A stretch of DNA of 64,000 nt. Origin: Lama guanicoe (taxonomy: Eukaryota). The stretch spans positions 14,624,373 to 14,688,372 of the forward strand of contig MU053881.1 of NCBI GenBank assembly GCA_013239625.1, given 5' to 3'. Below the pieces are notes generated by a model. It was not told the origin of the DNA. It made no database searches and worked only from the letters and a program-made list of their open reading frames with translations. Both the position numbers and the translations under genes were made by a program. The number at the start of each line of letters is the position of its first letter. Within the stretch, counting starts at the first letter, position 1. Shown one piece after another: positions 12,401 through 27,100 of the stretch.

Positions 12401-13609
12401 CCTCCAGGGGTAGGTAGAGAGGTGTTTTTTTGACCCCCAGCCCCGGCCCTGAGACGAGCAGAACGAGGTCTGGATGGCACCAGGCCATGACTGAATGCAA
12501 GAAGTCCTGGCAGGCAGGGGCTGATGGAGTGGCCCTTCCGCTGGTGTCCCAGTTTCCCAGCCAGCCCCCACTCCTGGTGTGGACTTGGCCAGACACTAGT
12601 AGGATGCCAGGAGGACCATTCCCCTAGCCCTTGAAAAAAGGGGTTGGATCCCAGACCATTCCGTTAAAGCCAGGAACTGCAACCTCCTGCCAGTGGCTGC
12701 TCTGTTTCAGAGCCCTCCATTCATGCAGATTGGATGGTGAACCGCCCTTTCTCAAACACCTTCCGTGACTGCTTTAGGATTAGCAGGATCTGGCTCCACA
12801 TATTTTATTCAAATTCATGGTCTTTCATCCAACCAGGCCTTTGCTTATGCTGTTCTCCCTGCCTACGCCTCTCTCCCCATTTTCCTCACCCTGGTGAATT
12901 TCTGCCCATCCATTAAAGTGCAGGCCTAATATCGCCTCTCCCAGGAAACCCTCTCTCCAGGTATAGCCCCTGCTATCCCAGCTCTATCTCTCCCCCTAGT
13001 TCAGCCCTTGCCCCATAGGGCTGAGAGTGTATGTGTCTAGCTTACCCACATTGGGAGATCCTCAGGTATGGGGCTGGAGCTGAGGCCTCTCTCATTCTCC
13101 AGCATCACCCAGGACAGGACTGGGCAGTAAGGGAGTGGCAGTTGTTTAATGAATCAGTGAAACAAATCTTTAGCCATGTATCTGAGGCTTTGTGTAATCC
13201 GGCTTGGTAAACTCCTGTTCATCCTTCAAAATCCAGCACGCATTCCCCCTCCTCCAAGACGCCTGTCCCTGGCAGCGTTTACTGAGAAGACGGATTTGGG
13301 GACACATGAGGCTGATAAAGACTCCCAGTACTCGCAACATCTTGGCTTCTTCCTCAACTCTTCCTTCGGCCTCTGGGAGGCAGTGAGGTGCAGGGGTTCC
13401 CAGGCTCCAGTTGCAGTTAAGGAATGAATCCGGCCGACTTCATTTTGCCGGTAGGAAGACATCATTATAAGAAATCTCTCGGATTCCAAAACTAGTGCTC
13501 TATACCCGCGGGCACCAAAGGACAGCGCCCAGCACACAGTCGTAACACAGTTGCTTTAGGTGCCAGCCTTCCTCCAACTTCGAGGGACACGCAGTCACTG
13601 GACAAGGGC

Positions 13610-13730
13610 CCTTTAAGAGGTGGGCGCTGAGGGGGCGGGGCTCAAAATAAACCGCGCCCCGGGAGCGCGGGCTGGGCGAACCTGAGTAACACTGCGCATG
13701 CGCAGTGTTGACGCGGTTCCGGGTATGGGT
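13610..13730 (+). promoter_or_regulatory. NR2C2AP CpG-island promoter
   Basis: GC box GGGGCGGGG at about 13632-13640 and palindromic NRF1 motif CTGCGCATGCGCAG at about 13692-13705; CpG-rich through exon 1. Confidence 0.65.
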
Positions 13731-14068
13731 TTTGGTTCCCCGAGCTGTTCGCAGTGAAACTGAGGCTCGGAGAGGGAGCAGTTGTGCCCTCAGGAAACCT
13801 GTTCCCCTCCTTGGACCCACTGTGAAAGTTCTGGACTTCAGTCATTGACAGTTTCCCCGAAACTCCTAATCAGTCCGGCAAGGGGGTGATAACGGCGACA
13901 TTTAGGAGTGAAGTGACGGGACAGTGACGGTCCTTGTGCCGTGTTACAGGTGAGGACGTGCAGAGTCTGAGACGTGAATGAGATCGCGCCCCTGCGGCTG
14001 CTTTGGCGCCGAGATTCAAATCGGGGCTGAGCGAAGCCCTGAATCCTGCGAGGCCTTGTGGCGCCGAG

Positions 14069-15213
14069 ATGACCCACTCTTTGGTTTGTCCAGAGACAAT
14101 AAGCAGGTGAGAGCCCAGGTGGGGTTAGGTGAACGGATGCGGCCAATGGTGGGCGAGGCTCTTGGCCTGCGGTTAGACCCGTGTGGACAGAAATGGGGGA
14201 ACCGGTGGTGAGGAAGGGGTGGGCCGGATAGCAGGTGGGTCCTCGCCGCTGGGCTCAGCACCTCTCCACGCCCTGATTCTGAATGCTTCCAGGGTGAGTT
14301 CGGTGCTGAATCGTAACACTAGGCAGTTTGGAAAGAAGCACCTGTTCGACCAGGACGAGGAGACATGCTGGAACTCAGACCAGGTGAGGCACCTTCTCTC
14401 CGGACCCTCCACCCCAAGTGTGAGTTAGAATCAAGGGTCCTAGAATTTTAGGGCACCCTAGATGGGAACAGTCAGATTGGCCAGGGAAGGAACCTGTGTA
14501 CCCCCACCACAGACTGTGTGAATGAGAGACATGCATAGCAGGGCTCTGAGCCCAGAATGACCGTGGGCCTCTGCTTCAATCTGCTTCCAGGGCCCCTCCC
14601 AGTGGGTGATACTGGAGTTTCCCCAGCGCATCTGTGTCTCCCAGCTGCAGATCCAGTTCCAAGGGGGCTTCTCCTGTCACCAGGGCCGCCTGGAAGGTAC
14701 CGGAAGGTCCTAGAAGGTGGGGGATTTGAGGGGGCACACCGACCTCACGGTCTGGTCCTTTCTACACTGCAGGTTCCCAGGGGAGTGAGGCCTTTGGAAA
14801 GATTGTGGACTTTTACCCTGAGGACAACAACTCGCTTCAGATATCCTGCCCCAGCCTCTGGGTGGGGTGGTCTGTGCCTCTGAAAGCTGTGGGACCTGGT
14901 GTGTGACCTGAAGCGAGATGCCTTTAGGTCTCCACTGCTTCATCTGTAGAATGGGCTGATAATAATCTGTTCTGAGCGAGAGCTTCAGAGTGGCCCATAG
15001 CGTGCCAGGTTGCCCAGCATGTTGGGGTATCTGAGCTGGGGCTGGTAGGTGGGAAATAGTAAGGCACCTGTTTCCCTTGACTGCTCTGCTTACACCTTCC
15101 CTGTGCCAGCTGCTGAGGTGGACCGGCTGAAAGTGACATTTGAGAACACCACTGATTTCTTCGGCCGAGTGGTCATCTACCACCTGCGAGTACTAGGAGA
15201 AAAAAAGGTGTGA
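14069..15213 (+). CDS. NR2C2AP: Nuclear receptor 2C2-associated protein (TRA16), 140 aa
   Basis: Exons 14069-14106, 14293-14383, 14591-14696, 14773-14840 and 15094-15213 total 423 nt: MTHSLVCPETISRVSSVLNRNTRQFGKKHLFDQDEETCWNSDQGPSQW...DFYPEDNNSLQTFPVPAAEVDRLKVTFENTTDFFGRVVIYHLRVLGEKKV*. The last intron is AT-AC. Confidence 0.96.
14841..15093 (+). other. U12-type (minor spliceosome) AT-AC intron, NR2C2AP intron 4
   Basis: 5' splice site ATATCCTG, branch site TTTCCCTTGAC at 15071-15081, 3' end ...CTTAC. Removing it gives an in-frame, homologous protein. Confidence 0.92.
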
Positions 15214-15284
15214 GGCCTGTGGCTGCTTCCTCCAGGAAGCCCTCCGGGAAGCACAGCAAAGCTCTACAAGTTCTGCACAGAAGG

Positions 15285-15290
15285 TTTATT
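15285..15290 (-). terminator. RFXANK polyadenylation signal AATAAA
   Basis: TTTATT on +, about 130 nt beyond the RFXANK stop. Confidence 0.75.
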
Positions 15291-15418
15291 GTCTCCTCTC
15301 AGAAAGGGCCCTCTCCCACCGTCTGTCCAGGAGCTGCCTCTGAAGCCAGGTCTGGGTTCCCCCAGCTCTGGGTTGACCATTTTGTTCCCTGAGTGTCTGA
15401 GTACCCGGCAGACGGTGT

Positions 15419-19355
<3,937 letters not shown>

Positions 19356-19491
19356 GGGGGAAGCTGGTGTAAGGGCCAAACAGGGTGAGATAGCAATAAT
19401 TATCAACTCGTTAATTAGGCATACTTTGGCGTTGCACAGTGAGTGTGGGTAAACTTGGACTCAGCAGGGAAATTAAAACCAGAGTCCAATT

Positions 19492-19612
19492 GGGAAGGAC
19501 ATAGATCGGTGGTAGAGTGTATGCCTAGCATGCACGAGGTCCGGGGTTCAATCCCCAGTACCTCCATTAAAAAGTTAATTAACCTAATCACCCCTCCCCA
19601 AAAAAAACCCAA
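19492..19612 (+). mobile_element. tRNA-derived SINE (camelid Vic-1-like) with target-site duplication
   Basis: A-box-like TAGATCGGTGG, B-box GGTTCAATCC, A-rich tail; flanked by CAGAGTCCAA at 19480-19489 and 19613-19622. Confidence 0.85.
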
Positions 19613-19984
19613 CAGAGTCCAACTGCTTCTCAAACCCACTCCTCCCCATATACAATATGTATTGCTTTAAAAGCCTTGGCTCTGTGGTCAGCCATCTGGG
19701 TTGAATCCTTCCACTTTTATAGCTGTGAAAACTCGGGCACATGACAATTTCTCTCAGCCTCAGTTTCTTCATTAATAAAATGGGGAAATAAGGCCTAAAA
19801 AATCATGTCTGTAAACATCATATCTGCAGGAGGCCTGATACACGGACAGAACTTAATAAATGTTCGGTGTGGGTTTTTTTGGGGGAGGGGGTCGAAATCC
19901 CAGTTAATGAGTGAGGGCTCAACAAAGATGTGATTGGTTGCATCCCACCCGCCCCTCCCAAACCGATCGAGGAGGTCCACTCAC

Positions 19985-20124
19985 CTCTAACGAGCCTCCT
20001 TTGTCACCCCACGCCGCAATCCCGGGTCCCCCCAAACTTGGGGGCCCAATTCACAAACTTTTCTATTCCAACTGATGTAGGGGGGAGCAAGATAGAGCCT
20101 GGACCCTCTGCGCCCTGGCTTCTT
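19985..20124 (-). other. RFXANK: Probable RFXANK non-coding 5'UTR exon
   Basis: Acceptor CTCTCTGTCCGGGCAG| at 20125/20124 and strong donor AG|GTGAGT at 19985/19984. Confidence 0.5.
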
Positions 20125-20149
20125 CTGCCCGGACAGAGAGCAACTTGAT

Positions 20150-21150
20150 ACGCGACCGCTACCCCCACTCCAGAGTTCCCCCACTGCGCCTGCGCACCCA
20201 GCCCCACAAAAGTGCGGAAGGGCCGGAGCAGTAGGTGCTGCTTCTGGCCCTTTAAGGCTCGGGGGAGGGGCGTGGCTTCCGCTGGGGGCATTAGAAATGC
20301 AATTGCGCCTGCGCATTCTTGTCCTAGGGGCTCCGGCGGGAGCCCAGTAGGTTCGGGGGGATGGGCGGGGCCTCAGAGAGCTCTCTGGAGTTCCCTGCGC
20401 TGGTCCTCCCTCACCTCCAATTCGGCCCACAGATTTTTTTTCAGGCAGAGCCACTCGGCTCCACCTTCGGAAACACGGGTCGGGCTTTCTCCAGTAGGAG
20501 GGCGGGAGAGAATTAGGAGGGGCGTCTGGAACTTAAAGGGGCGACACCACTGCCGCCCCTGTCCATAACAATGTGCCCTCTGCGGTCCTGGAGGCTCAGG
20601 AGCATGCGCAGGGATTTGATGGCAGCTGGAGGGGTACAAGAATGGAGTTTATACGGCCTAAAGTGGGCAATGTGTGGAGTGTTCCCCCAATTCGTCTAGC
20701 CCCCGAAAAAGGTGTTCGGTAAGAGAGGGCGCCCTTTCCCGTCCCCCTCCTGAGTGTCCCTCCTGGAACTTCAAGGGGTCGCTGTCCTCTCTTTACCCAC
20801 TTCCCAAGTGCCTCTTTCCCCAGTCTCTCACTCACGGACCCTCTTCTGTCTGGGTAGACGAAGGATCTGGGAAGGCGGGCCAATTAGCACAGGAACTGGA
20901 GAGGTGCGGAGTCCAGTTTCGCAGGGAAGATTTAGGCAGTTGTCCCCACCTCCTGACTTCCGGTCCCGGTCGTCGGAACAGGGCCGTGGCCGCGATGGAA
21001 GAACCTGAGATGCAGCTCAAGGGGAAAAAAGGTGGTGCGGGGTGCCGAGCGGGGCGGAAGGGCGACCTGACTAGGGGCAGGAAGGAGCCAAGGCACGGAG
21101 GGAGAGCGTTTAGGGGGCAGTGGTTGAGCTGCTGCGGAATCCTGGCTCGG
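20150..21150. promoter_or_regulatory. CpG island / bidirectional promoter shared by RFXANK (-) and BORCS8 (+)
   Basis: Head-to-head genes; NRF1-like TGCGCCTGCGCA at about 20185 and 20304; ETS motif ACTTCCGGT at 20956-20964 just upstream of the BORCS8 ATG. Confidence 0.8.
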
Positions 21151-24100
21151 CCGCTGACTAGTTTTGAAACCTTTAGAAAATCCCTGTGCCTCGATTTTGT
21201 CATCTGTAGAATGGGGAGTAGAATAGTCTCCCTCCTTCTCCCCACAAAATTGTTGTGAGAATTCAGTTACCTGATATTTGTAAAGCATTGGAAGAACGTT
21301 TGGGGTGTGGCAATTGCTATGTGTATTGTTTCCCTTGTATTTACGCATTTGTGTGTTTACGTTGACTTATCCAATATGACCGAGTTACAAGTTACAAAAT
21401 GCCACAAGCTATTTTTAAAGTATAAATATTTTTGTTACTGTATTATATACGTTTTTACTAGTTAATTATTCAGAAGTCACAAGTACATTTAATTGAGGCC
21501 TGCGCAGGTCCCAACCTGTTGGTGGTTTGGGGTTGCTATCTGCCTCATAAAGCAAAGTAGAGGATTTGTCTTCTGGGAAGACATAGTCGTCTTCTCCACT
21601 GATAAAACCTCTCACATAGTTGGCTTTGGCATCTTCCAGGAAGAGAAGTTTGAGATTGAGGCTTCATGTGTACGGGTTTTCAGTTGAGATAGAGGAGACA
21701 ATGGTTATAACCAGAACGTCCAGAGTGGGTTATAGTTACCTCCAGAGCTTGTCACTGTTAACCCAGCTTGGGCTTCATGACAATCATAGAAGTGGATTCC
21801 TTAATAATAATAATATAATAATAACAACAACAACAACAATAATAATAGTTATTATTATTATTATTTCCAAAAAAAAGTCACAAGTACATTTAACTCCACG
21901 TTCTCCATAATGACACTGTGAAATGTAAGCTATTAGTACTACACTCATTTTCAAAATGAGGAGGCCTAAGAGAGTAAGAGGACACAAGAGTTTGGAGGTG
22001 GCAGGCTGGGCTCTGCCCAACTCAGGGCACAGTGGTACACTGGACACATCTAAACTGGGCAGACTCATGCACAGCCTCTCTTGACTCCCAGACACATGTG
22101 GGTTCTTTCCCTCACCAACCACAATGCCCTGGGCAGTAGTGTGGGTCCATCTCTGTAGCAGACCTTGAGGTGGGTACAGTTATCATTCCGTTTTTACAGA
22201 TGAGGAAACTGAGGCTCAGCGAAGCCCCTGCCCTCACAAATGAAGTTTTAGGTAAACATGTAACCTAACAAAGAATGAGAATTTAAGTATAAGGGAAATG
22301 AACAAAGAATGAAGTTGAAGGGACATCTGATTGATTAAGCTTGGTAATTAGGGAAGACTTTACCCAGGAGGTGACATTTGAGCTGAGACATGAGGGGTGA
22401 GGAGAAACAAGGGGTTGGTGGAGGCAATGTCAGTGGTGGGAACAACAGGTACAAAGGTCCTGAGGTGGCAGAGTGTTCAGAACTGTGCCACAATACACTG
22501 GCTACTGGTCACTGTGCTTATGCATATTTATGTTAATTTAAATTAGGTAGAATTTAAAATTCGGATTCTGAGTCACATCAGTGACCCAGTGAGCACATTT
22601 CAAGTGCTCAGTAGCCATATGTGGCTACCATATTGGACAGTAAAGATTATAGAACCTTCCCATCATCTCAGAAAGTTCTTTTGGACACTGCTGAGAGTGT
22701 AAGGAACAAGCAGGAGGTCATTGTGCCTGGGGCAGAGGTGGGCAACAGCAGGCAGAACATATAGGGCCTTCTGGGCCATGTTGAGGAAAGCAGATTTAAT
22801 TCTCAGGCTGCTGGGAGTCATGGGAGTGTTTCAAGCAGAGGAGAGACATATCTAATATGTTTATTAGGAGCTCATTCCGTCTGTTTCGTGAGGATTGGAT
22901 TGTTGACAGGTGGGGAAGCAGGGAGACCAGGGAGGAGCTGAGTTTGCCATCTCAGTGGGACAGGCTACACCTAGATCAGTGGGGTCAGAGCAGTGGTAAG
23001 AATGAGTGAGTTTGGGGCTTTGTTTTGTGACTCAGCCAGCAGGATCTGCTCATTGATGGGGTAGGATGGGCAGGGACAACCAGCTAGCTGCTGTTTGTTG
23101 AAGCAGACCCTGGGATGAGGATTTGTGTGCGATTAACTTACCAAGAGAACCCCACAGAGGAGAAGGGGAGACAAGACAGGGCCAGGGAAGAGGCTAAGCA
23201 AGGAATGACCTCAGGTAAATTGCACAGAGGGAGGCCTCAGCCTGTTCCCTCAGGGGTGCTCACAGGTATGACTTGTGCCTCTGAGATGTTGCAGCACACA
23301 GGACGGGACATGGGTCTTCATACCCCTCGGTGGTTAGTCATGGCTGAGAGCCATCCATGGGTGTTAACTTTCTGTCACTTTTGGGTCCAGTAGCCAGTGG
23401 GCATCCTCTGAAGAAGAATCTTGGAATTTTGTCACTGGGGTAAAGGGAATGTGAATGGATACAAGTGGGTGGCAGCAGTGTCCTCTACAAGTGGGTTTGG
23501 GAAGGGAAAGATCATGAGTTCACTGGACAGGTTGATGTCCTCAAGATTGAGGCCCTGCTGTGACCAACTCCCACAGCGCATCACCTGGGCCACAGGTGAC
23601 CCAGCTGCGGGGAGGGACACTGGACTCTTCTCTACTCTAGCTGGACTCATGAGCAATCAGGAGTCTGATGTTTTGTCTCCTTGTCCCTCTTTTTCTCCCC
23701 CTCCCCCACCCCCCATTTTGCCAACTGTTGATCCTGGACCCAGTCACAGACAAATTCACTGAGAGCGTCTATGTCCTGGCCAACGAGCCATCCGTGGCCC
23801 TGTACCGGCTGCAGGAGCACGTGCGACGCTCTCTGCCTGAGCTGGCCCAGCATAAGGTGAGCCCTACTCCCAATGTCTCACAAGGTCTGCACCTTGTGGC
23901 CTGGGGCCTGCTGTGTGGAGCAGGGGCTGTTGGTTTAGCAGTCAAGGCTGGGACACCAGTGTCAGGGAACATGGTCACTGACCCAGGTTGGAGCTGGGTG
24001 GAAAGAGCTGGGGCAGATTTGGAAGAAGAGAACAGAAGGGTCTGCATCAGTTGTGACCTGTGTGGTGAGGAGGAGGCAGCTATATGAGGACCCAAGGGGA

Positions 24101-27100
24101 GGATGTCCCAGGCAAAGGAAATAGCCTGTGTGAAGGCCCTGAGGCATAGTTGCCAAATGTTCCTGGAAAGCCCAGACTGGTAAGGAATGGGAGTTTGAGA
24201 AGGAAAGATCAGGGGCTGGAGGGGACCGGTCTCTATAGCCATGGTGACTGGCGATCGGATGTGCCTTCCCAGAGAGCTGGGAGGATGGAAGTAGCAGCCA
24301 CCCCTGCTAACAGCCCCCTCGCCCCAACAGGCTGACATGCAGCGGTGGGAGGAGCAGAGCCAGGGAGCCATCTACACAGTGGAGTATGCCTGCAGGTGAG
24401 CCCCACAGCCTCCCCACTGCCAGGGTTGCCCTGTTATGCCCCGGGGTCCCTCCTGCGCCTTCAGGGGCATCTCAGCCCACTGCCATGTCAGCCTGCCCTG
24501 CCAAACCCATCTGAGTAGAGGCATATGGATCTGGACTCACTTGGCCACAGGGCAGGTTCCAGCCCAGAGTTGAGCTTCTCACCATTTGACCCCCATGTGC
24601 CTGGGGCAGGCTTCTTTCTGGCACTCAGTCCTTCCCCATCTGTCATAGGAGGGGGAGGTGATAAGGATTCCGGGAGATGCCACCTGGGCAGGAAGCCGGT
24701 GCCTCGAGGGGCCAGCGTTTCCCACTGACAGTGAAGACCACAGACTGGCCAGGGGGGTGGATGGCAGCTGAGGGTCGGGCCAAAACCTGAATATGACTGT
24801 TTATTTTTAAATTTTAATTTCTTTCCAATTTCTTGTATTTTGGTAAGATGCACCTAGCATAAAATTCATCATCTTAGCTATTTTTAAGTGTAGAGGTCAG
24901 TGGTATTACATACATTCATAATGCTGTGTAACCATCACCACCATCCATCTCCAGAATTCTTTGCATCTTGCAAAACTGAAATTCTGTCCCCATTAAACAC
25001 TAACTTCCCATTCCCCACCCCACGGTTCCTGGAACCCTGCATTCTGCTTTCTGTCTAAGAATCTGATGATTCTAGACACCTCACATAAGTGGAATCACAA
25101 TAGTTCTCTTTTTGTGACTGTCTTCTTTCACTTAGCATAATATTCTCAAGGCTCATCCATGTTGTAGCCTGTGTCAGAATTTCCTTCCTTTTGGGGGCTG
25201 AATAATATTCCATTGTATGGATGGACCACATTTTGCTTATCTATTAATCTGTTGATGGACATTTGGGTTGCTTCCATGTTTTAGCTACTATGAATAAAGT
25301 TGCTATGAACATAGATACACCATTTATTATTTTTGCTGATTTAACTTTCTTTAGATATTCAGATATTTTTCTTAACCCCAAGTGAAAGTTGTACCTGAGA
25401 ATAAAAAGCAGTAGTTGGTATTTCTCTCCATCAGAGCAGCTTTGCCGGCCTCGCCTCCTGTGATTCTGTTGGTTCCCCATGATTGTATTTCATGCTCTGG
25501 CTCATTCTGTTTGCTTTGGGAGTTTGGTGACTTTACTTAGAAGTGTTGTTGGCCCCGGTACAGGCTGTGGATTGTTTTGGTGGAGACTGGACACTCCCTA
25601 GCAGTTCTCGTATGTGGTGCTGTGGGGTTTGCTTGCCTGTTTGCTGTGTGATCGAAGGTCCCTTGACAGGAAGTCCTGCTTCTGGGGGCACTGAGCTGAG
25701 TTCTGCCATCAGCAGCCTTGGCCTCTCCAGTGAGGTGGGAGGGTGACCCAGACAGATGACATCTTCCTGAGGGTGGTGGTCGCAGACACCTACCTTAGCT
25801 CAAGAAAGAGAGAAAAGAAAGGGGAGTTTCTCTGGCAGCTCCCAGAAAGCCAAGGGCTCATCAGAAAGGCCCACGTTCAAGGAAGAACAGATCAAACTGT
25901 GTACTTCGTCCCAGTTCGTCTAGCCTCATTGTCCGGTACAGGAGCCCTGGCCCCAGGTGGCTGTTCACACTTAAATTGTAATGCATAAAAATGAAATAAA
26001 ATGAAAGATTCAGCTCCTCAGTCTCACTAGCCACCTTTCAGGTGCTTAGAGCAACTTCAGTGGATAAAGGATTTGTCCATCATTTGTTCTACTGGACTGC
26101 CCTGGGCCAGGCAGAGGGCCAGTGTACTCACAGCACTTCTCTTTAGATAGGCGTAAATTTCTCTAATGCTGAAAGACTGTATTTCCTCTACAGACATGAA
26201 AGCACCCTTTTAGTTGTTTGAAATGCTTTAATGGTTGGTGTAGAACTGAAAGATGTGAAGGGAGGTTGTAGCTTAGTGATAGAGCTCACGCTTAGCATGA
26301 CCAACGTTCTGGGCTCAATCCCCAGTACTTCCATTTAAAAAAAAAATTAAAATTTAAAAAATAATCTGAAAGATGTTAAAATGGCATATTGATAGGGGTG
26401 AACTATTCAATAGTGAGTTGTAATAATGAATCTGTTACTATTCAATGGTAACATAAGTTAGACAGCTTTTTATCAAGGTGAACAGACACTAGAAAAGCTG
26501 ACCACGTTTGCTGGTGTCAGATGAGTTTGTCAACAGAGCAGGTGACAACCAAGCTCCCCCCACTTTGATCTCATGGCCATTTTCAAGCAGGTCCCTGACT
26601 GGTAATAAATGGAAGTGATTTCTTTGTCTTTAATAGAAGGACTTTAAAACCACCCTTATATTTTTACTGCAGGCATCATCGCACAGGCAGCTTTCTGACA
26701 TTAGCAAGGCCGGAGTGGCTTGGTGAATATTTTCCTGTAGTGCTGTTGGGAGGGGCTCTTTTCTTTTCTTTTCTTTTCTTTTCTTTTCTCTTTTCTTTTC
26801 TTTTCTTTTCTTTTTTCATTTTTAAAAATTTTTTTAAATTGAAGTATAGTTGATTTACAATATTGCATTAGTTTCTGGTGTACAGCCTAGTGATTCAGTT
26901 ATATATATATACTTTTGCGTATTCTTTTTCATTACAGGTTGCTACAGGCCATTGACTATAGCTTCCTGTGCTGCATAGTAGAACCTTGTTGTTTCTCAAT
27001 TCTGTACATAGTAGTTTGTGTCTGCCAGTCCCATACTCCCAGTTTATCCCTCCTTCCCCACAACTGGACCATTTTCATTAGACATTCATCAGTGTGGTAC

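Noticed and set aside
19492..19566. tRNA-like sequence with A/B boxes (also at 26260-26335)
   Set aside because: A-rich tail, target-site duplications and a degenerate cloverleaf show these are SINE copies, not tRNA genes.
21601..21645. EDAKANYVRG resemblance to alpha-tubulin EDAANNYARG within the insertion
   Set aside because: Similarity is confined to about 10 residues. A tubulin retrocopy with an intact target-site duplication should be far more similar along its length.
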